NCBI GenBank assembly: GCA_027923505.1
Contig: BROI01000036.1
Location: 124,001 to 188,000, forward strand
Reading direction: 5' to 3'
Source of the DNA: Mayamaea pseudoterrestris
Taxonomy: Eukaryota
DNA length: 64,000 nucleotides
Shown: positions 46,454 through 59,356 of the stretch, in pieces
Numbering within the stretch: position 1 is the first letter of the stretch
Layout of the letters: the number at the start of each line of letters is the position of its first letter
Notes under the pieces: generated by a model
The model's input: only the letters and a program-made list of their open reading frames with translations
What the model was told of the DNA's origin: nothing
Database searches by the model: none
Translations under genes and position numbers: made by a program

Positions 46454-49400
46454 CTATGCCAAACCGAGGGCTTTGAGTCGGTCGGCGTTTCGCGCCACTC
46501 GTTCGGCTCGCAGCTTTTCGTACTCGCTCAACTCAATTTCTTCTTCGGCATGTTCGTTCGTTTCTTGCCCTGCGCGCTTGCGTCGTTGTAGTTCCTTAAT
46601 GTCAATGACATCAAACGGCTGCCGATCGTCAACGAAATAAGCGTGATTGCAAATAATCGATCCAGACGACAACGAATCCATGGTGATCGGTTCGACCTCG
46701 CCCAAGTGTCCAGAATGGATCAGTCCACGAATGACCCACCGCAGCGCTGGGGCCAATAGTGGCGAGCGAATCTCCCAAATCCCATCGCCGCCATCATTGA
46801 CAGGAATGACTCGACCAAGATATGGTGGGAACGAATCGTCTGCAAAAAGGCCAATGTCCGAATCTGATATCAGCTCTTTTGCGCAGTCTCGATAGGCATT
46901 AGCAAAGATGGCTTCGTGAACCTTTTCGCAAATGTGCTCGACCTCAAGTCGTGACGTAGGTAGGCGATCATCAGGTTCAAGCAAAGGTTCAGACGAAACA
47001 TAAGTTAATGTCCTCTTACTCATCGCAACATTTGTTGGTTGACCACTATCGAGTTGAGCGCGCGTCGAACGTCGCAGGCCAGTTGCCTCTTGCTCGTCGA
47101 CTTGTTGATACATGGCTACAAGACCATCCAGCTCATCGTCTTGGTCTATTGGATCCAGCTCAATGTCATGACGTTCGACTCCGAGGCGGCATGTCCATTG
47201 CGATGAAAGAGCAAATGTCGCGGCATCCGTGTTGACAGGAAGGCTTGCCAGCGGTCCTCCGAGTCCAGCTGATTCCGTAATGATCTTTTGCAGCTTCCAG
47301 GATCGTTCAATAGCTCGAGCCGACGCATCTTCTCGGGGAATCGAATCGGGAGGCTGCTGCTTTCGTTTCTTGTTTCGACGCGACTGGCCGTATTCTTCAT
47401 CCTGGTCACTTTCGTACACGTATACGTCGACATCTGAATCTTCGTCAACGTAAATGCTGCTGCTTTGGCGACTACGAACGCCAACACCACCCTCCGCGGC
47501 AACAGTGGCCTGTTCAATCCTTTTCAAAACGGCGGTCTTCAGCTGTTCGGCCGAGACATGTACCCAATCTCCTGGTGGATTGAAGAGCATTGCATTGTCA
47601 AAGACCAGCTCTACATCGGATTTAAATGGTCCGTTTAGCATGCGGCCTATCGTCGTCCGATGACTGGACTGACCAGGAAGAATATTTGCATAATCGCCAT
47701 ACTGGAGTTTCGATTCGACAGTGGAAACATCCATGGGATGCTCAACAACACTTCGATACGTGGGAATGTTGAGCGCAATCGGATCGACAGGCCGCAGAAA
47801 TAGACCTGGAGAAGCAGCAGAGACTTCAATGTGAGCACATATTAAAATATACCGATAGAACTAACAATATGGTGAGCACACGTACCAGCTTTGTCTTGAC
47901 GTTGAAGAAACTTGATGATCTTTTGACATTCTTGAAATGCTGGCGACGAGGAGTCATAGTCAAATTGCTGAATAGTGTAGATAATCGAACTATTGTCCAG
48001 CTTGCACGCCGTCGCACCGTCCAACAGTGTCGCCCAGGTGGCTTCCGCGTTTGCTAACGATGCTTCCGGCAAAATCAGTATCCGATGCTGAACCTTTTTG
48101 CCTCTGTCCAGCAATGAATCATGTCCCACAATCGTGTAGTTGCGCGACTGCGTCGTGTCCTCATTGTCAACCGCAATTAATGCGATTTTGGTATTCGCAG
48201 CATTCGCGAACACGTTGCCTGCACGCGAACGAGAGGCAACGTTGTCAAGATGATACATTTCAGCTGCTGCCACCCCTGCGCGCGTTTGCGCTTCCGTCAA
48301 CAAGAGTACACCGCCCGGAACACCATTTACTGGTACTTTATCGTCAGCGCCGCTCACTGAAATCGCACGGAATCGCATGCGTCGTTCCACCGGGGTTGGT
48401 TCCTTCGCATTCCCGATGGCTTGCTGCTCAGCACTTTCGACAGCATCCTCCGCCAAGGCCAATGATGGAGCGTAGTCCATGACTCGGTACCAATGGCAGG
48501 CTGATCGTTCATCCGTATTATGCTGCTGTGCAGGTCGGTATATTTTCTGGCCGATAAGTTCATGTCCCGATGAATGCCATTCCACTAACGACGGGTCTTC
48601 ATAGTCGGTATCATCCATACTTTCCATCGAGCCAGGACGTTCGTCAGCAGCAGTGGCGATGATTGCAATTGGTACTTGCGACATATTTTGCAACACCAAT
48701 TGACGAAGATAAAGCTCAGTTTCGTGTAGCTGACGCAAATATTGACAAAGTTGTCGCCGGCGGTGCAGGCCGCTTTCTTCAAGCCGAAGCAGCGGCCGGC
48801 TTGCAAGAGTCGCCAAAACATCCTTGTCGCCAGTATTCGTGTCAACCGTCAAACGACCGAGCTGGTTCCGCTTCCAAACAAGCCTGCCAAGTGCAGTTCG
48901 GATGCGGCGAAGTGGGTCAGTGCTCTCATCGGGCACTGCCGAAAGAAGTCCCACCGCAGTCTGAAAGCCCTTCTGCGATGTCAAGCGAAGGATCGTATCC
49001 ATCAATTGTTTAGGAGTCATGTTGGATTGGCTTCCGTAAAACACGTCTGACTCTCCTCCCCGCCTTGTCCGACGCCCTGATGCAGCATCCTGTGCGGCCG
49101 CTTCATCAGCCAACGTCTGCGCAAGAGCAAAATCCTTGGCGGCGGCATCCTCGGAAGTCCTTTCGCCGCTAGCGTCCATCGCGTCTGATTTCAATCCTCC
49201 TGACTGCAGTCGCTTCTGCTCAATGTATTCCTCAACAGTATCCGACCAAGACGGCCATATCGTGTATCCTCCATGAATTCCCTTGTATCGCCAAAGATCA
49301 TGCGCTTTTTGCCGCTTGAACTCTTGCTCTGCTAGCCGCGCACTTTCAGCTAATCGTTGCGCTTCAACGTCTGACGCAAAACCATCGTCATCGTGCGCAA

Positions 49401-51519
49401 TACCAACAACAAAGTTTGACCTGCCAAAGTATTGCGTCTCCCAGTCCGTGACATTGTCGTCTTCGTGCGGCTCGGCTAGTTTCAACACAAGTCGCGAGGA
49501 CGAACTGACAAAACCTGTGCCAGTAGCTGCAGCTCCCAACGAGGCAGACAAGATTCGCTCCCAAATGAGCTCGTCGACAGGCGAAAGCAAGGATGTAGCA
49601 TCCTCTCCCATGTCTCCAATCGCTACTCTTCGCTTCTTCTTCTTGGCTTCATTTTCGCGAAGAAGCAAAACGTGAAAGACCGACTGCAGATCCGACACGG
49701 TCAAAAGTTTGGATGTTTTGCGACCGAGCCATTCCATGATTGCCGGATTCGTCAGCGCCAAATATGGATTAGTATCTTCCTCATCGTCGTTGTCTTCAAC
49801 TTCGTCAATAGCAACGTCCTCCATAGTGGCGTCGGCAGTTCCAGCCAGTGGCTCTGGTTGTTCAAGCTCCAAGTCCTTGATATTCTCCTTGACATAGACT
49901 GGAGCATTACTAGAACTGTCAGCGTCGTCATCGTCATCGGCCGCTTCCTCGTCATTCTTTGGTTCAAAGTCTTCATCGTCATTGTCGCCAACCTCTTCTT
50001 CCTCGGCCACGCTGCTTGGACTGGACGGAGGTTGTGACGTTGATGGTTCGTCGACAACAGGTTCTTCGACTTGTTGTGCGGCTTCAAACTTAGCATTAAC
50101 ATTCAGCGTGTCACCATCACCATCCATTGCTGCAGTCGCATCCTGTACCTCGCTAGTAGCCATTGTCTCATGTTTGCTCTGCTCGTCAATAACTTCGTTA
50201 CTCGCTGCCGTCGATTCCACGTCAACGTTGCTTTGCTGTTGAATGTCGCCGTTTCCACCTTGTTGATTGTCGTCATGCTCCTCCATTGCCGCTTCATCGA
50301 GCAAGTGCTGCTTCAAGTACAAGGCAATCGTTCCGCCGTTGACCACCTTCCACGTTGTCGTGGGATCACTGAACGACACTGGCTCGTGCGGCGGCACCAC
50401 ATTGTGACTGCTACTAGTCAATGCCGCTACTACTGGCGGCTGCTGCTGCACGTCGGAATCACTCTTGGTAATGGCGATGCGCACACTGGATCTTCGCAGC
50501 GCCGCCGCCGCCTTGAGCGCCTTGGCTGACTTGCTCTTTGACGTTGTTTTGCCTCCTGTAGCAACATCGTCCGCAGCTGCAGCCGTAGCGTCATGAACCA
50601 GCGTCGCGTACACCAACCGACAACCCTGCTTGATGCGCGCCACCAACTGCGAGGGCGTAAACGTTACCGGAAGCGTTTTTATCAAGTGACTCGATGATGA
50701 TTGCTGCTTTTGCGCCTGCATTACTTCCGGCGGCAAGATCAAGTATTGGTTGGGATGCTTGCGGTAGTAGTCGGGAATGGACCAATACGGTGACGACGAC
50801 GACACTCCACCTGCACCTTTGCTGGCCTTGCTTTTGCTTGTATTGACGTTTCCATCACTTGCACCATTCGCCATTTCCCGCTGCTTTTGCTTGAGAAACT
50901 GCAGATTGACTTCCTCAATGGCCGCCACCAGAGTGAGCGAGGGAAGCCAGTCTTCCACGACGTGACGGTACAAGGCATTGGCCAATTTTGCTTCCACAGT
51001 GCTCAAGGCTTGGCTGGATGGCGTGACGGAGAATGGAACGGTAGCGCGAGTAGTAATATTTGTAGCGGCTGCTGGAGACGTTATTGCCGGCAGTTGCTGC
51101 TGCTGCAAATCCTTGGCGACGCGATCGACTGCCATGTAAATTTGTTCTTGGTCACTGTTATTTCCATTCGCTTTATTATTCGCCTCGTCAATACTAGCAG
51201 CAGACGACAACGACGAACCATTCGCTACAATGCCTCTCCAAAGAGCCGGCTGTCTCGCATCGAGTTTTTGCTGCGGACAAAAGGAAACGAGCGGCATGGT
51301 CGTGTCAATTGGAACATAATGAATCTGCTTGCTTGTCGCTGCATCAGCAGTTTGTTGCTGCAGCACTGGTCCCTGCAATACTGTAGACCCAAGCAAATGA
51401 TGATTGAACGTCCATGGAGATTCATCCGTTTCTTTTTCTTGCTGCTGATTGATAGTTCCGGTAGTTGCCGCTGGAGTAGCCTTGGTGGACCGCTTGGGAC
51501 GACCGCGTCGGGAAGGCAT
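46454..51519 (-). CDS. Large bromodomain chromatin protein; exons 51519-47886, 47805-46454
   Basis: Spliced FQECQKIIKFLQRQDKAG|LFLRPVDPIALNIPTYRSVVEHPMDVSTVESKL...DVELVFDNAMLFNPPG; C-terminal LSEYEKLRAERVARN. Confidence 0.88.
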
Positions 51520-51957
51520 GTTGCTGATTGCTGATTGCGTACTGATGCCTGATGCAACGAGAATTGAAACGATCAAGAGGCTTGCTCGAGTCGGAGATTG
51601 GAGCTTCTAAGTGATAGAGACGATTATTTTGCAACGCGTTCGGCGCAGTATTTATTTTGTACAAGGCTCCGACAGAGTAACCAGAGCAAGATGTTGGGAG
51701 CGTTCGCTCGATGCTCCCATGGCCGCGCGCAACGAGAGGCGCCGCGCGAACTCAGCAGTGTCGCACTACTACCGGAGGGTTGGCGTGCGCGCCGAGGACG
51801 GTTTTCAGTTAACAAGACGAGTCGTACCGGTAATGGATGCAATCTTTCGTTTGGCGTTTCACGCATTGGATCCATGGCGCATTGACGCTGCCATCCTGCC
51901 CATTAGCGTATCGAATCGTCCTTCGGTCGGCATATATACTACGCGAAACCATTCATC

Positions 51958-53218
51958 ATGAGCGACATTGACTTTGCCGGATTGTCGAAGCGAACGAAGC
52001 AGCAGCAGTCGGTACGACGAGGAAGAAAAAATGATTGTATTCGGATTCGCGTCGCAGCCTTTACTAATTTATTTCGCCTCCTTTCACTCTAATTTGTTCA
52101 GCTATCAGCAGAAACTACTCCAGCAATATTGATGCTTGGGCGCGACGTTTTCTGCCAGCACGTTTTTCAGTACCTCCGTCGCGACGACATCAAGCGTTGC
52201 GTGGTGGCGGCAAGTCAAAGCAAGACTCTACACGAGCATTTTCAACTGCAAGCCCAGTTTTGCCGCCACCATGGATCAAGTCCTGAGTTTGATGATGCAG
52301 CACCATTTTGCATGGACGGTCGCAGGGAGCTGCAAGCATATTTTCGCTGCGGCAAGTGCGAAAACTTTTACTCTAAATTCCGGGATGCACTTTGCCTTGG
52401 ATATTGCGGAATGAAGCTTTGCTCCACATGCGGTCCAGGACTAGTCTGTCTGATCTGTCATGAGATCAAGCACAAGGACTGCTTTGACTGTGGTTCCATT
52501 GAATGCTGCAAGTTGTGCGAAAGGTCATACTGCTCAGGGTGCATTACGCTCAACAAGTGTCATGATTGCAAGTCACTACATTGCGACGATTGTAGCTGGC
52601 ACGCAATGCACTATTGCAACATTTGCAGACAAGGGTTTTGCGACGAATGCTATGAGCAATGTTGGGGATGTGGCAATTATTATTGCCTAAATCATGGTGA
52701 TCGGATGGAACAATGCGTTGGGTGCGACGAGGAAATGCTCTGTGGAACCTGTCGACAAGATCATAAGAATATCAGATTAGGGTGCGTGAATGTGAATTGC
52801 AATCACCGCTATTGTTGTGAACCTCGTACATTTCGTTTCTGCACTTTGTGTGGGAATGTTTTTTTTTGAAGTCTCCGACTTTGTTGAGTGTTGCGGAGTG
52901 TACGGCTGCGAAACTGACTTTCGATGCAAAGATTGTGAGATGCAATGTGTCAAGTGTAAGCGCCACCTTTGCGGCAATTGTGACCTCAAAGTGGCAACTT
53001 GCGATAATTGCGAGCGAGTCCAGTGCCACGACTGCGGCGCATTCGAGTATGACCAGGAATCTGAAAATATCCTTTGCCCCGCTTGCAACCAATTTCAAGA
53101 TCAAGAAGAGTACAGCCAGTCATGCGCAAAGCGTCCATGCTTGGAACATGCTTTTCCAGTTGCGAGCGACCCTGCTGTGTCAACGGCAGCCAATGGAACG
53201 CCGTCACAAATGCCTTGA
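51958..53218 (+). CDS. F-box-like plus Cys-rich (multi-CxxC) protein; intron 52012-52101; frameshift at T9 run 52859-52867
   Basis: ILMLGRDVFCQHVFQYL (F-box-like) followed by many CxxC pairs. The Cys-rich pattern continues in the +1 frame after the T run. Confidence 0.65.
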
Positions 53219-53730
53219 TCTTTGGTGTAAGCAGCAGTGTGAGTAGACTCGTAGCATAACCGTTGGTATTACTGTAATTGAACAATTTACTGCCCAGTGA
53301 ACGTAGTGTCTATACTTTACTTCACCGATAGGCCAATGATTTAACGTTGCCATAGCACTCAATGCTTATGCTTGATGCCCACCCGTCAGCCAAGTCAAAC
53401 GATTTATAACGATCATTGGAGCAGTCAATTCTCGTATTTGAGACATTGGCTGTTATTAGCTTTCGATTATGAGCTCCGCGACATTTGCGAAGAATACTGT
53501 TCCACAATTACAGCTTACTAATATCATTGGTTTACCCACAATAGCTGAATGCATCGATAATTCGCCCGCGTTTCTTTTCATGATGCAAACGTTCCGATCA
53601 ATACAATTGCCCTGCGACTCGCTCGTCGCATCCATTCGACCATGATTCCATCCTCCGTCTTCCGTCGTCCATTCGAATCTTGACGACCAAGTCGACAAAC
53701 AGCTTTCTTCCTTTCACTCTAACTCTAAAA

Positions 53731-54438
53731 ATGAACACGAATCAGTTTCTCCCTTCATCAGCCGCTGAACTCGTCGAGTTGCTCCATTTACTCCCGCATC
53801 CAGAAGGAGGATTCTTCCTCGAAACCTTTCGCTCCGGAAGTCTTCCCATGAGCAGCAAGGGACAAACCAATTTTAACGTTGACCAAAAACACGATCTAGT
53901 CACTACGAATGGCAGAAGTCACTGCCGACCTGACGGAGAGAATCGCCGCAACTGTCTCACGTCAATCTACTGGGTTCCGACCGTCAACAGCCCAAAGCAA
54001 CCATTGGTGTGTAACGAATCCGATCACGTTCACTACTACCAGGGCGGCCTGCCGATGAAATACACGCAGTACGACTTGGCGAAACAATCAACGGAAACTG
54101 TCATTTTGGGACCAGACTTGAGACGCGGACACTTGCTGCAGTATGCCGTCAAGGGAGGCAACTGGAAGTGTGCCGAGCTCATGGTGGAGCAGCATCATGA
54201 CAATGACACGCTTAATAACACTATTGACGCCGACTACTCCATTATATCCGAAGCCGTTGGGCCCGGCTTTGACTTTTACGACTTTCACTTTGTGTCGCCC
54301 CATGAACTTGACCAGCAACCAGACGAGATGCGGCAGCAGTTGAAACCCTTTCTGCAAGCGTCGCTGCAAATGGCGGAGATTGAACAGCATTACCATGATG
54401 AACATGTTCAACAAACCAAGACGAAGGAGCGATTGTAG
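53731..54438 (+). CDS. Cupin_5 (DUF985) family protein
   Basis: LLPHPEGGFFLETFRS, TSIYW, SDHVHYYQGG, LGPDL..G..LQY.V.GG.WK, EAVGPGFDFYDF. Confidence 0.88.
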   Translation: MNTNQFLPSSAAELVELLHLLPHPEGGFFLETFRSGSLPMSSKGQTNFNVDQKHDLVTTNGRSHCRPDGENRRNCLTSIYWVPTVNSPKQPLVCNESDHVHYYQGGLPMKYTQYDLAKQSTETVILGPDLRRGHLLQYAVKGGNWKCAELMVEQHHDNDTLNNTIDADYSIISEAVGPGFDFYDFHFVSPHELDQQPDEMRQQLKPFLQASLQMAEIEQHYHDEHVQQTKTKERL

Positions 54439-54726
54439 AATAGTACGTCATGTCGCTGTTGATGGGTTTTATTGTTGGTGCGGCTCAGGGAACTGGAACT
54501 ATAGTGGGCGACGCGCGAGAGATCGTTAATTCTGCTCGTTCACTATACATTTGATATAAATGTTCCAAGACATATACAATACAATAAAATGTCATCTATT
54601 GTCTCCATGAAACTTGAAGTAAAGCTATAACAAGTCGTACTGATCATGGAAGTCTTTACAATGCGTAGAAGCGTGTTTGCTAACAGTTGCAAGAAGCAGC
54701 ATCATGGCATCAGGGCAGCCCATAAT

Positions 54727-55299
54727 CTATAAAGTCGCCTTATCTATGATCTTTCCATTCACATCGTTCTCCGTACAGTACAGCGCATCCATTTCAACAC
54801 TAGTAATGGCTCCTTGCGCAGGCGTGAGATCGGCTGGCCGATGCGCCGAATCGCAGCACCAGCATAAGGCGTATACCATTGAAAAAACCATTACCACCAA
54901 CACAAGAGTCGGCAGGACAACAGGATAAGCTTGAAAACCAAAGGCTGCCATAATCATGAAAACACCAGCGAATAGTAGAATCCATTTGCCAAATAATCCA
55001 GCCAAGGTAATGTACGTGCCGCTCGTCGCCAACAAGATGCTTGCCGGATTCGATTCTCCTTTCGCCAAGCCTTGTGCAATCGGCGCAAGCAAAATAAGGC
55101 CCATGCCTAACACAACAACGAGCAGTCGGGCAATACCACGTGCGATGCGAAAGCATCGACTTCGGCATGTTAGCCGTTCGTACTGCATGGCTTCACCGTT
55201 GCCCAATGGGATTGGAATCTCATCCGTGGCAATAAACATCTGTCCATGTCCTTCGAAATTATCTTTCATCTTGATCACTAACGGCTCCTGCGGCATCAT
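54727..55299 (-). CDS. Small multi-pass membrane protein
   Basis: 190-aa ORF with about four hydrophobic segments and a CWCC motif. Confidence 0.6.
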   Translation of the reverse strand: MMPQEPLVIKMKDNFEGHGQMFIATDEIPIPLGNGEAMQYERLTCRSRCFRIARGIARLLVVVLGMGLILLAPIAQGLAKGESNPASILLATSGTYITLAGLFGKWILLFAGVFMIMAAFGFQAYPVVLPTLVLVVMVFSMVYALCWCCDSAHRPADLTPAQGAITSVEMDALYCTENDVNGKIIDKATL

Positions 55300-55546
55300 A
55301 TACGCGTCGACTGCTTCTAAAGTAATGCAAAAGCCTCAATGGTTAATCATGGTGTATGGTGTCTGCATGAGGATGAGGAACGAACGCGAGGTTGACGAAT
55401 AACTGCACACGCTTGAAAAGTGTCAAAACCAGTCACAAATGACCGTTTTTAATCGTGCCACGATCACGGTGACGAGTACGCTTTTGTTAGCTACGTAATC
55501 ATTCACTGCTACCTAAACGAAGGGCAAGGAACTATGTTTACAGTCA

Positions 55547-56920
55547 TTATGAAATCCGCTGCACCTGCCGCCACTTGTCCTGTAAAATACTGCCAACGGG
55601 TAGGTCGACGATGCGCTCAAACTCTGCCGTCGCCGAAACTGCTGCAGCATTGTCCTCATCACAGTTCGTTGCATCCATGCTTGCTTCCGCCGACTGGTTT
55701 TGTAGCAAGTAGTAGTCTTGGTACGAAACAGGCTGTGACTTTTGCAAGGGTACATGTTGCGAAACATTTGCAATCCAATTTGCTAGAGCAAGCCGCTCCG
55801 CCACCTCGCGAATGGAGCGGTACGAGGGTGGATAAGCAAAGTAAACGAGCGAAACGCGAGCCTCAGTCGTTGGTGAAACGACGCGATGCAACGGCGACGG
55901 GAAGCATGCAAAAGGTGTAGTGGTGTCGTTGCGATCCGCCGCAAGTGATGTCGCGAGCGCATTCGTCGCAGCATTCTCCAGCAACAAGGCTTGGTGTATC
56001 GCCAGACTGGTAATGTCTCCAATATGAACTACAAAGCGAACAAATGTGGAAGCTGCTGCAGCATCGCTTGGTCTCGCTGCATGGTTCAATTCCGCAATGG
56101 TCGGAACATTGATCCATTCTCCACATCTTCGACAGTACGTTTGCAAACCACCAATGGTTTCATCCTGGTAAACAACGGTGAAGCTGCCCCAGTCGGTATG
56201 CGGACTGGATCCAAACGTAGCAGTATTGTTGGAGCCGTCACTATCACTCGCCACTGGATGGTAGTAAAAGGCGCGCAGCAGATCAGTGCAGCTGGATGGT
56301 TTATAGTCGCCATCGTCCTCCTCGTCCAGTAAAAGTCCACCTGGTAACTGTAAAGCTCGACGGACACTTGCCGCGACGGCATGAAGCAGTTTCGTCCAAG
56401 TTTTCATACGCCGCTGCACCAAGCTAGTCTTGCTGCTGCTAGAAATATTTGCATCGCATAACGCTGCTGCATTCGCCATTGTCATTTCCCAGGATAACTT
56501 TGGCTCCACTGTCGCCGTTCCAGACGCTCCACTCTCAAAGGATCGAAATGTGAGACTCATGTCAGATGCTGGTTGTTGAATTATCTCCTCTTTGAACATT
56601 TCTCGCATCATGCTAGTCCAATCGAACGGATGCAACAGAACTGAATCGTCGTCGTTGTTATCATGCGAATCGTCATCGCAAGCACTGTCTCGTCTACATA
56701 ATCGACTCGAATCAATGCAGACAAGCGACCAGCCAGTCGCATAAAGATTTTGAAGCAATTGCTGGCAGAGCTCCTCAGAAGCTGTTTCTTGCCATGTGTC
56801 ATGCGAATTGTTGCTCCTGCTGTTAATTTTTGAATGCGGCAAAGTGAACCAATGCGTCAAATCAACGACTTGATTTGCAGTTTTCTGGCAGACGCAACAA
56901 TCAGATGAACAAGAAGTCAT
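55547..56920 (-). CDS. 2-oxoglutarate/Fe(II) dioxygenase (IPNS/DIOX-like)
   Basis: LLRAFYY, PHTDWGSFT (HxD), GGLQ, VVHIGD, SPLHRVV, RVSLVYF (RxS). Confidence 0.88.
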   Translation of the reverse strand: MTSCSSDCCVCQKTANQVVDLTHWFTLPHSKINSRSNNSHDTWQETASEELCQQLLQNLYATGWSLVCIDSSRLCRRDSACDDDSHDNNDDDSVLLHPFDWTSMMREMFKEEIIQQPASDMSLTFRSFESGASGTATVEPKLSWEMTMANAAALCDANISSSSKTSLVQRRMKTWTKLLHAVAASVRRALQLPGGLLLDEEDDGDYKPSSCTDLLRAFYYHPVASDSDGSNNTATFGSSPHTDWGSFTVVYQDETIGGLQTYCRRCGEWINVPTIAELNHAARPSDAAAASTFVRFVVHIGDITSLAIHQALLLENAATNALATSLAADRNDTTTPFACFPSPLHRVVSPTTEARVSLVYFAYPPSYRSIREVAERLALANWIANVSQHVPLQKSQPVSYQDYYLLQNQSAEASMDATNCDEDNAAAVSATAEFERIVDLPVGSILQDKWRQVQRIS

Positions 56921-57169
56921 TTGTACAAGTATTATGGAATGAAATAGGGAGATTGCTTGTGTTGGAGCGTGACATGGGACGGAGGGACCGTCATGGTGGA
57001 TCCTCGCGAAGTCGCAGCGACGTCCAATCGTAGCCGCACTGGTTCTAGGAGTGGTGGTGTGACATTTTAAGTCATTTTGGGTCATTTGGGTCGTGCTTTT
57101 CCATCGACGCGCCCAATTCGTTTTTGAATCATCACTGGGCCAATCGCACCTGCTTGATCACGGAACGCA

Positions 57170-58798
57170 ATGACGCCTCACGAACCTCATGGACTCATCG
57201 ATCCAAGGCCTTCTGTTCGTCGCGTTCGTTTGATTCACAGTTTGGGTTTGCAAAGAGAAGAGCATTCGATTGAATCGAAACAATCGATCATGACATTGTC
57301 TGCTCGTCACTTTTACCGCAACGCCTACAGTGCAACCATGGCGCTCCCTCCCATTTCAAACTTGAAACTCAATGAGCTTGGCAGCTGCTTGATGGTTCTG
57401 CTGCAGAAGGAGAATCCAGTTCAGTTCGCTCCAAACTCTCCGGCTCTTCACCAAGAGATTCATCGCCTTCAGCACGTTTCGCTGTCGCGGGCCGTTTCCA
57501 TGATTCAGAATGGAGTGGAGCATTGCGATTACAATATGACTTCCATTCCGCAAGCACTCTATCGAACCAACAATCCAGTCATTCATCAGTTGCTGCACGA
57601 GTATACGCTTCGTCTCAAAAAGTCGCTGCTATTGCCGGAACATGAGCGATTCCTCGCGTATTTGCTGCAGGCGAAGCAGCAGCAGCAAACTCCGGCATCT
57701 CCCGGCACCTTTGCAACCTCAAGTGGCAGTACTAATATGTTGTACTCGTCACCGGCTTCCAAGAGCGCCTTTTCAACGCATCCGCCAGTGTCGCCGCTCC
57801 TTTCGTCCATGCGTCATCGTCGTCGCATGTCACCACCAGCAAACATGATGGAGACTCTCTTGGGCGACTCGGAGTCGAGCTGGTCGACTGCTGAGCAATA
57901 TCCCGGATTTCACAACAGCGCCAATGTGAATACAAATATGAATACGAAGCAGCAGCAGGCGAAAGTGAACGAGAGCAGTAACTACAAGAACAATCAGCGC
58001 TTGCACCAGCCAACGCCAAGTCCAACGAACCAACAACAGCAGGACAATGCGACGCAGCAGCACTTTGAAAGCGAAAAGGAGTTTGTCGACTTTTGTCGCG
58101 AGTGGTCGGTCAAGTATGGATCTCACGCGGAGCCATTATTGTCGAAACGTTCAGAGAGTCACACTGCGGCCAACGAGGCAAATACCGCCAACGAGTACAC
58201 CAAGCAGCAACTCTTCACGACCGGCATTGACTGCATGACGCATTCCTACACGCTCGTTGTGGTTGGCATGCAGATTCGAAACTCCATCAGTCAGTGGGAG
58301 ACGCAAGTGCTACAGCAGGCGAATGCAAGCGACAATGGAGTAGGTAGTCCGACGTCACCAAATCGCAACAGCAGCAACCTCAAGCAGCAGGGCGATGCCT
58401 TGGCAGTCTTGATTGATCAGTGGAAGACCCAGGTGGAGCGTCTCGGCGGAACGTTCCTGGGAGTGAATGCAGCTTCCGCGCCAACAATGCAGCAACAGCA
58501 ACGACCTCAAGGCTACCCGGGACCCCCAACCGTCTACAGTGTCAATGATGATGACGACGATGACGACGACAAAACGCTTGCTTCTACTAGTCACTCGTCC
58601 ATGCCAGCGCCTACCAAGCGGCAGCCCTTGAAAAAGCGCACCATTTTGACCACGGCGCAGCAGCGCAAGTTGTCGAGCGACGACAAGAAAGGCAAGGTGA
58701 CAGGCAAGCGCATTATCGAGTCGTCCTCGTTTGAGCCATTGAGCAGCACCAAGGTTCCGTCTCCAAAAAAGGCCCGTGGAACAGCAACAGGCAAGTAG
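57170..58798 (+). CDS. Hypothetical Q/S-rich protein (start may be ATG 57290)
   Basis: 542-aa ORF with a basic C-terminus; no recognised domain. Confidence 0.65.
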   Translation: MTPHEPHGLIDPRPSVRRVRLIHSLGLQREEHSIESKQSIMTLSARHFYRNAYSATMALPPISNLKLNELGSCLMVLLQKENPVQFAPNSPALHQEIHRLQHVSLSRAVSMIQNGVEHCDYNMTSIPQALYRTNNPVIHQLLHEYTLRLKKSLLLPEHERFLAYLLQAKQQQQTPASPGTFATSSGSTNMLYSSPASKSAFSTHPPVSPLLSSMRHRRRMSPPANMMETLLGDSESSWSTAEQYPGFHNSANVNTNMNTKQQQAKVNESSNYKNNQRLHQPTPSPTNQQQQDNATQQHFESEKEFVDFCREWSVKYGSHAEPLLSKRSESHTAANEANTANEYTKQQLFTTGIDCMTHSYTLVVVGMQIRNSISQWETQVLQQANASDNGVGSPTSPNRNSSNLKQQGDALAVLIDQWKTQVERLGGTFLGVNAASAPTMQQQQRPQGYPGPPTVYSVNDDDDDDDDKTLASTSHSSMPAPTKRQPLKKRTILTTAQQRKLSSDDKKGKVTGKRIIESSSFEPLSSTKVPSPKKARGTATGK

Positions 58799-59356
58799 AT
58801 GGTGGTATTGTTTGCGGCGATGCGACAGGAGCGAGAGAGTGCTTGTGAATGATATCGAGTCGTGACAAGAGTAGTATACGTATTATGTTTATTTAATGCA
58901 TGGTAATATTAGCAATTGAGTGATTACACATAGTTCAAAGCTATTGCGTCGCATCGCGTCGACAGTACGGACGACTGACGGCGAGTACGATAATAGCTTA
59001 ATTCCCGCCGAATCGACGAGCCTTTCGACTCGTGAGAAAACGGTGCTGACAAAACAACCGTAGGCTGCTTGTATACAAGGATACTTATACAGTCGCTCGC
59101 CCCCTTGGCAATTTGGAAGGCGCAATCGAAAGATCGAAAGCCGATCCCGAGTACCGGACTAAAGCTAACATAGTCGTACCGGTTGTTCTCTTGCAAGTGG
59201 CGCCCGTGCTCCGTCGATTTACCACCTACCGCTCGTTACTGGATCTGGTGTCTCGAGAGTTGCTACTCGCCTCGGTAACAACGTTCATCCTCGTCGTCGT
59301 TCCTTTGCTTCTATCACTCTGCCTCCTTCTCTTTCAGCAAGTCTACTACAGCAACC

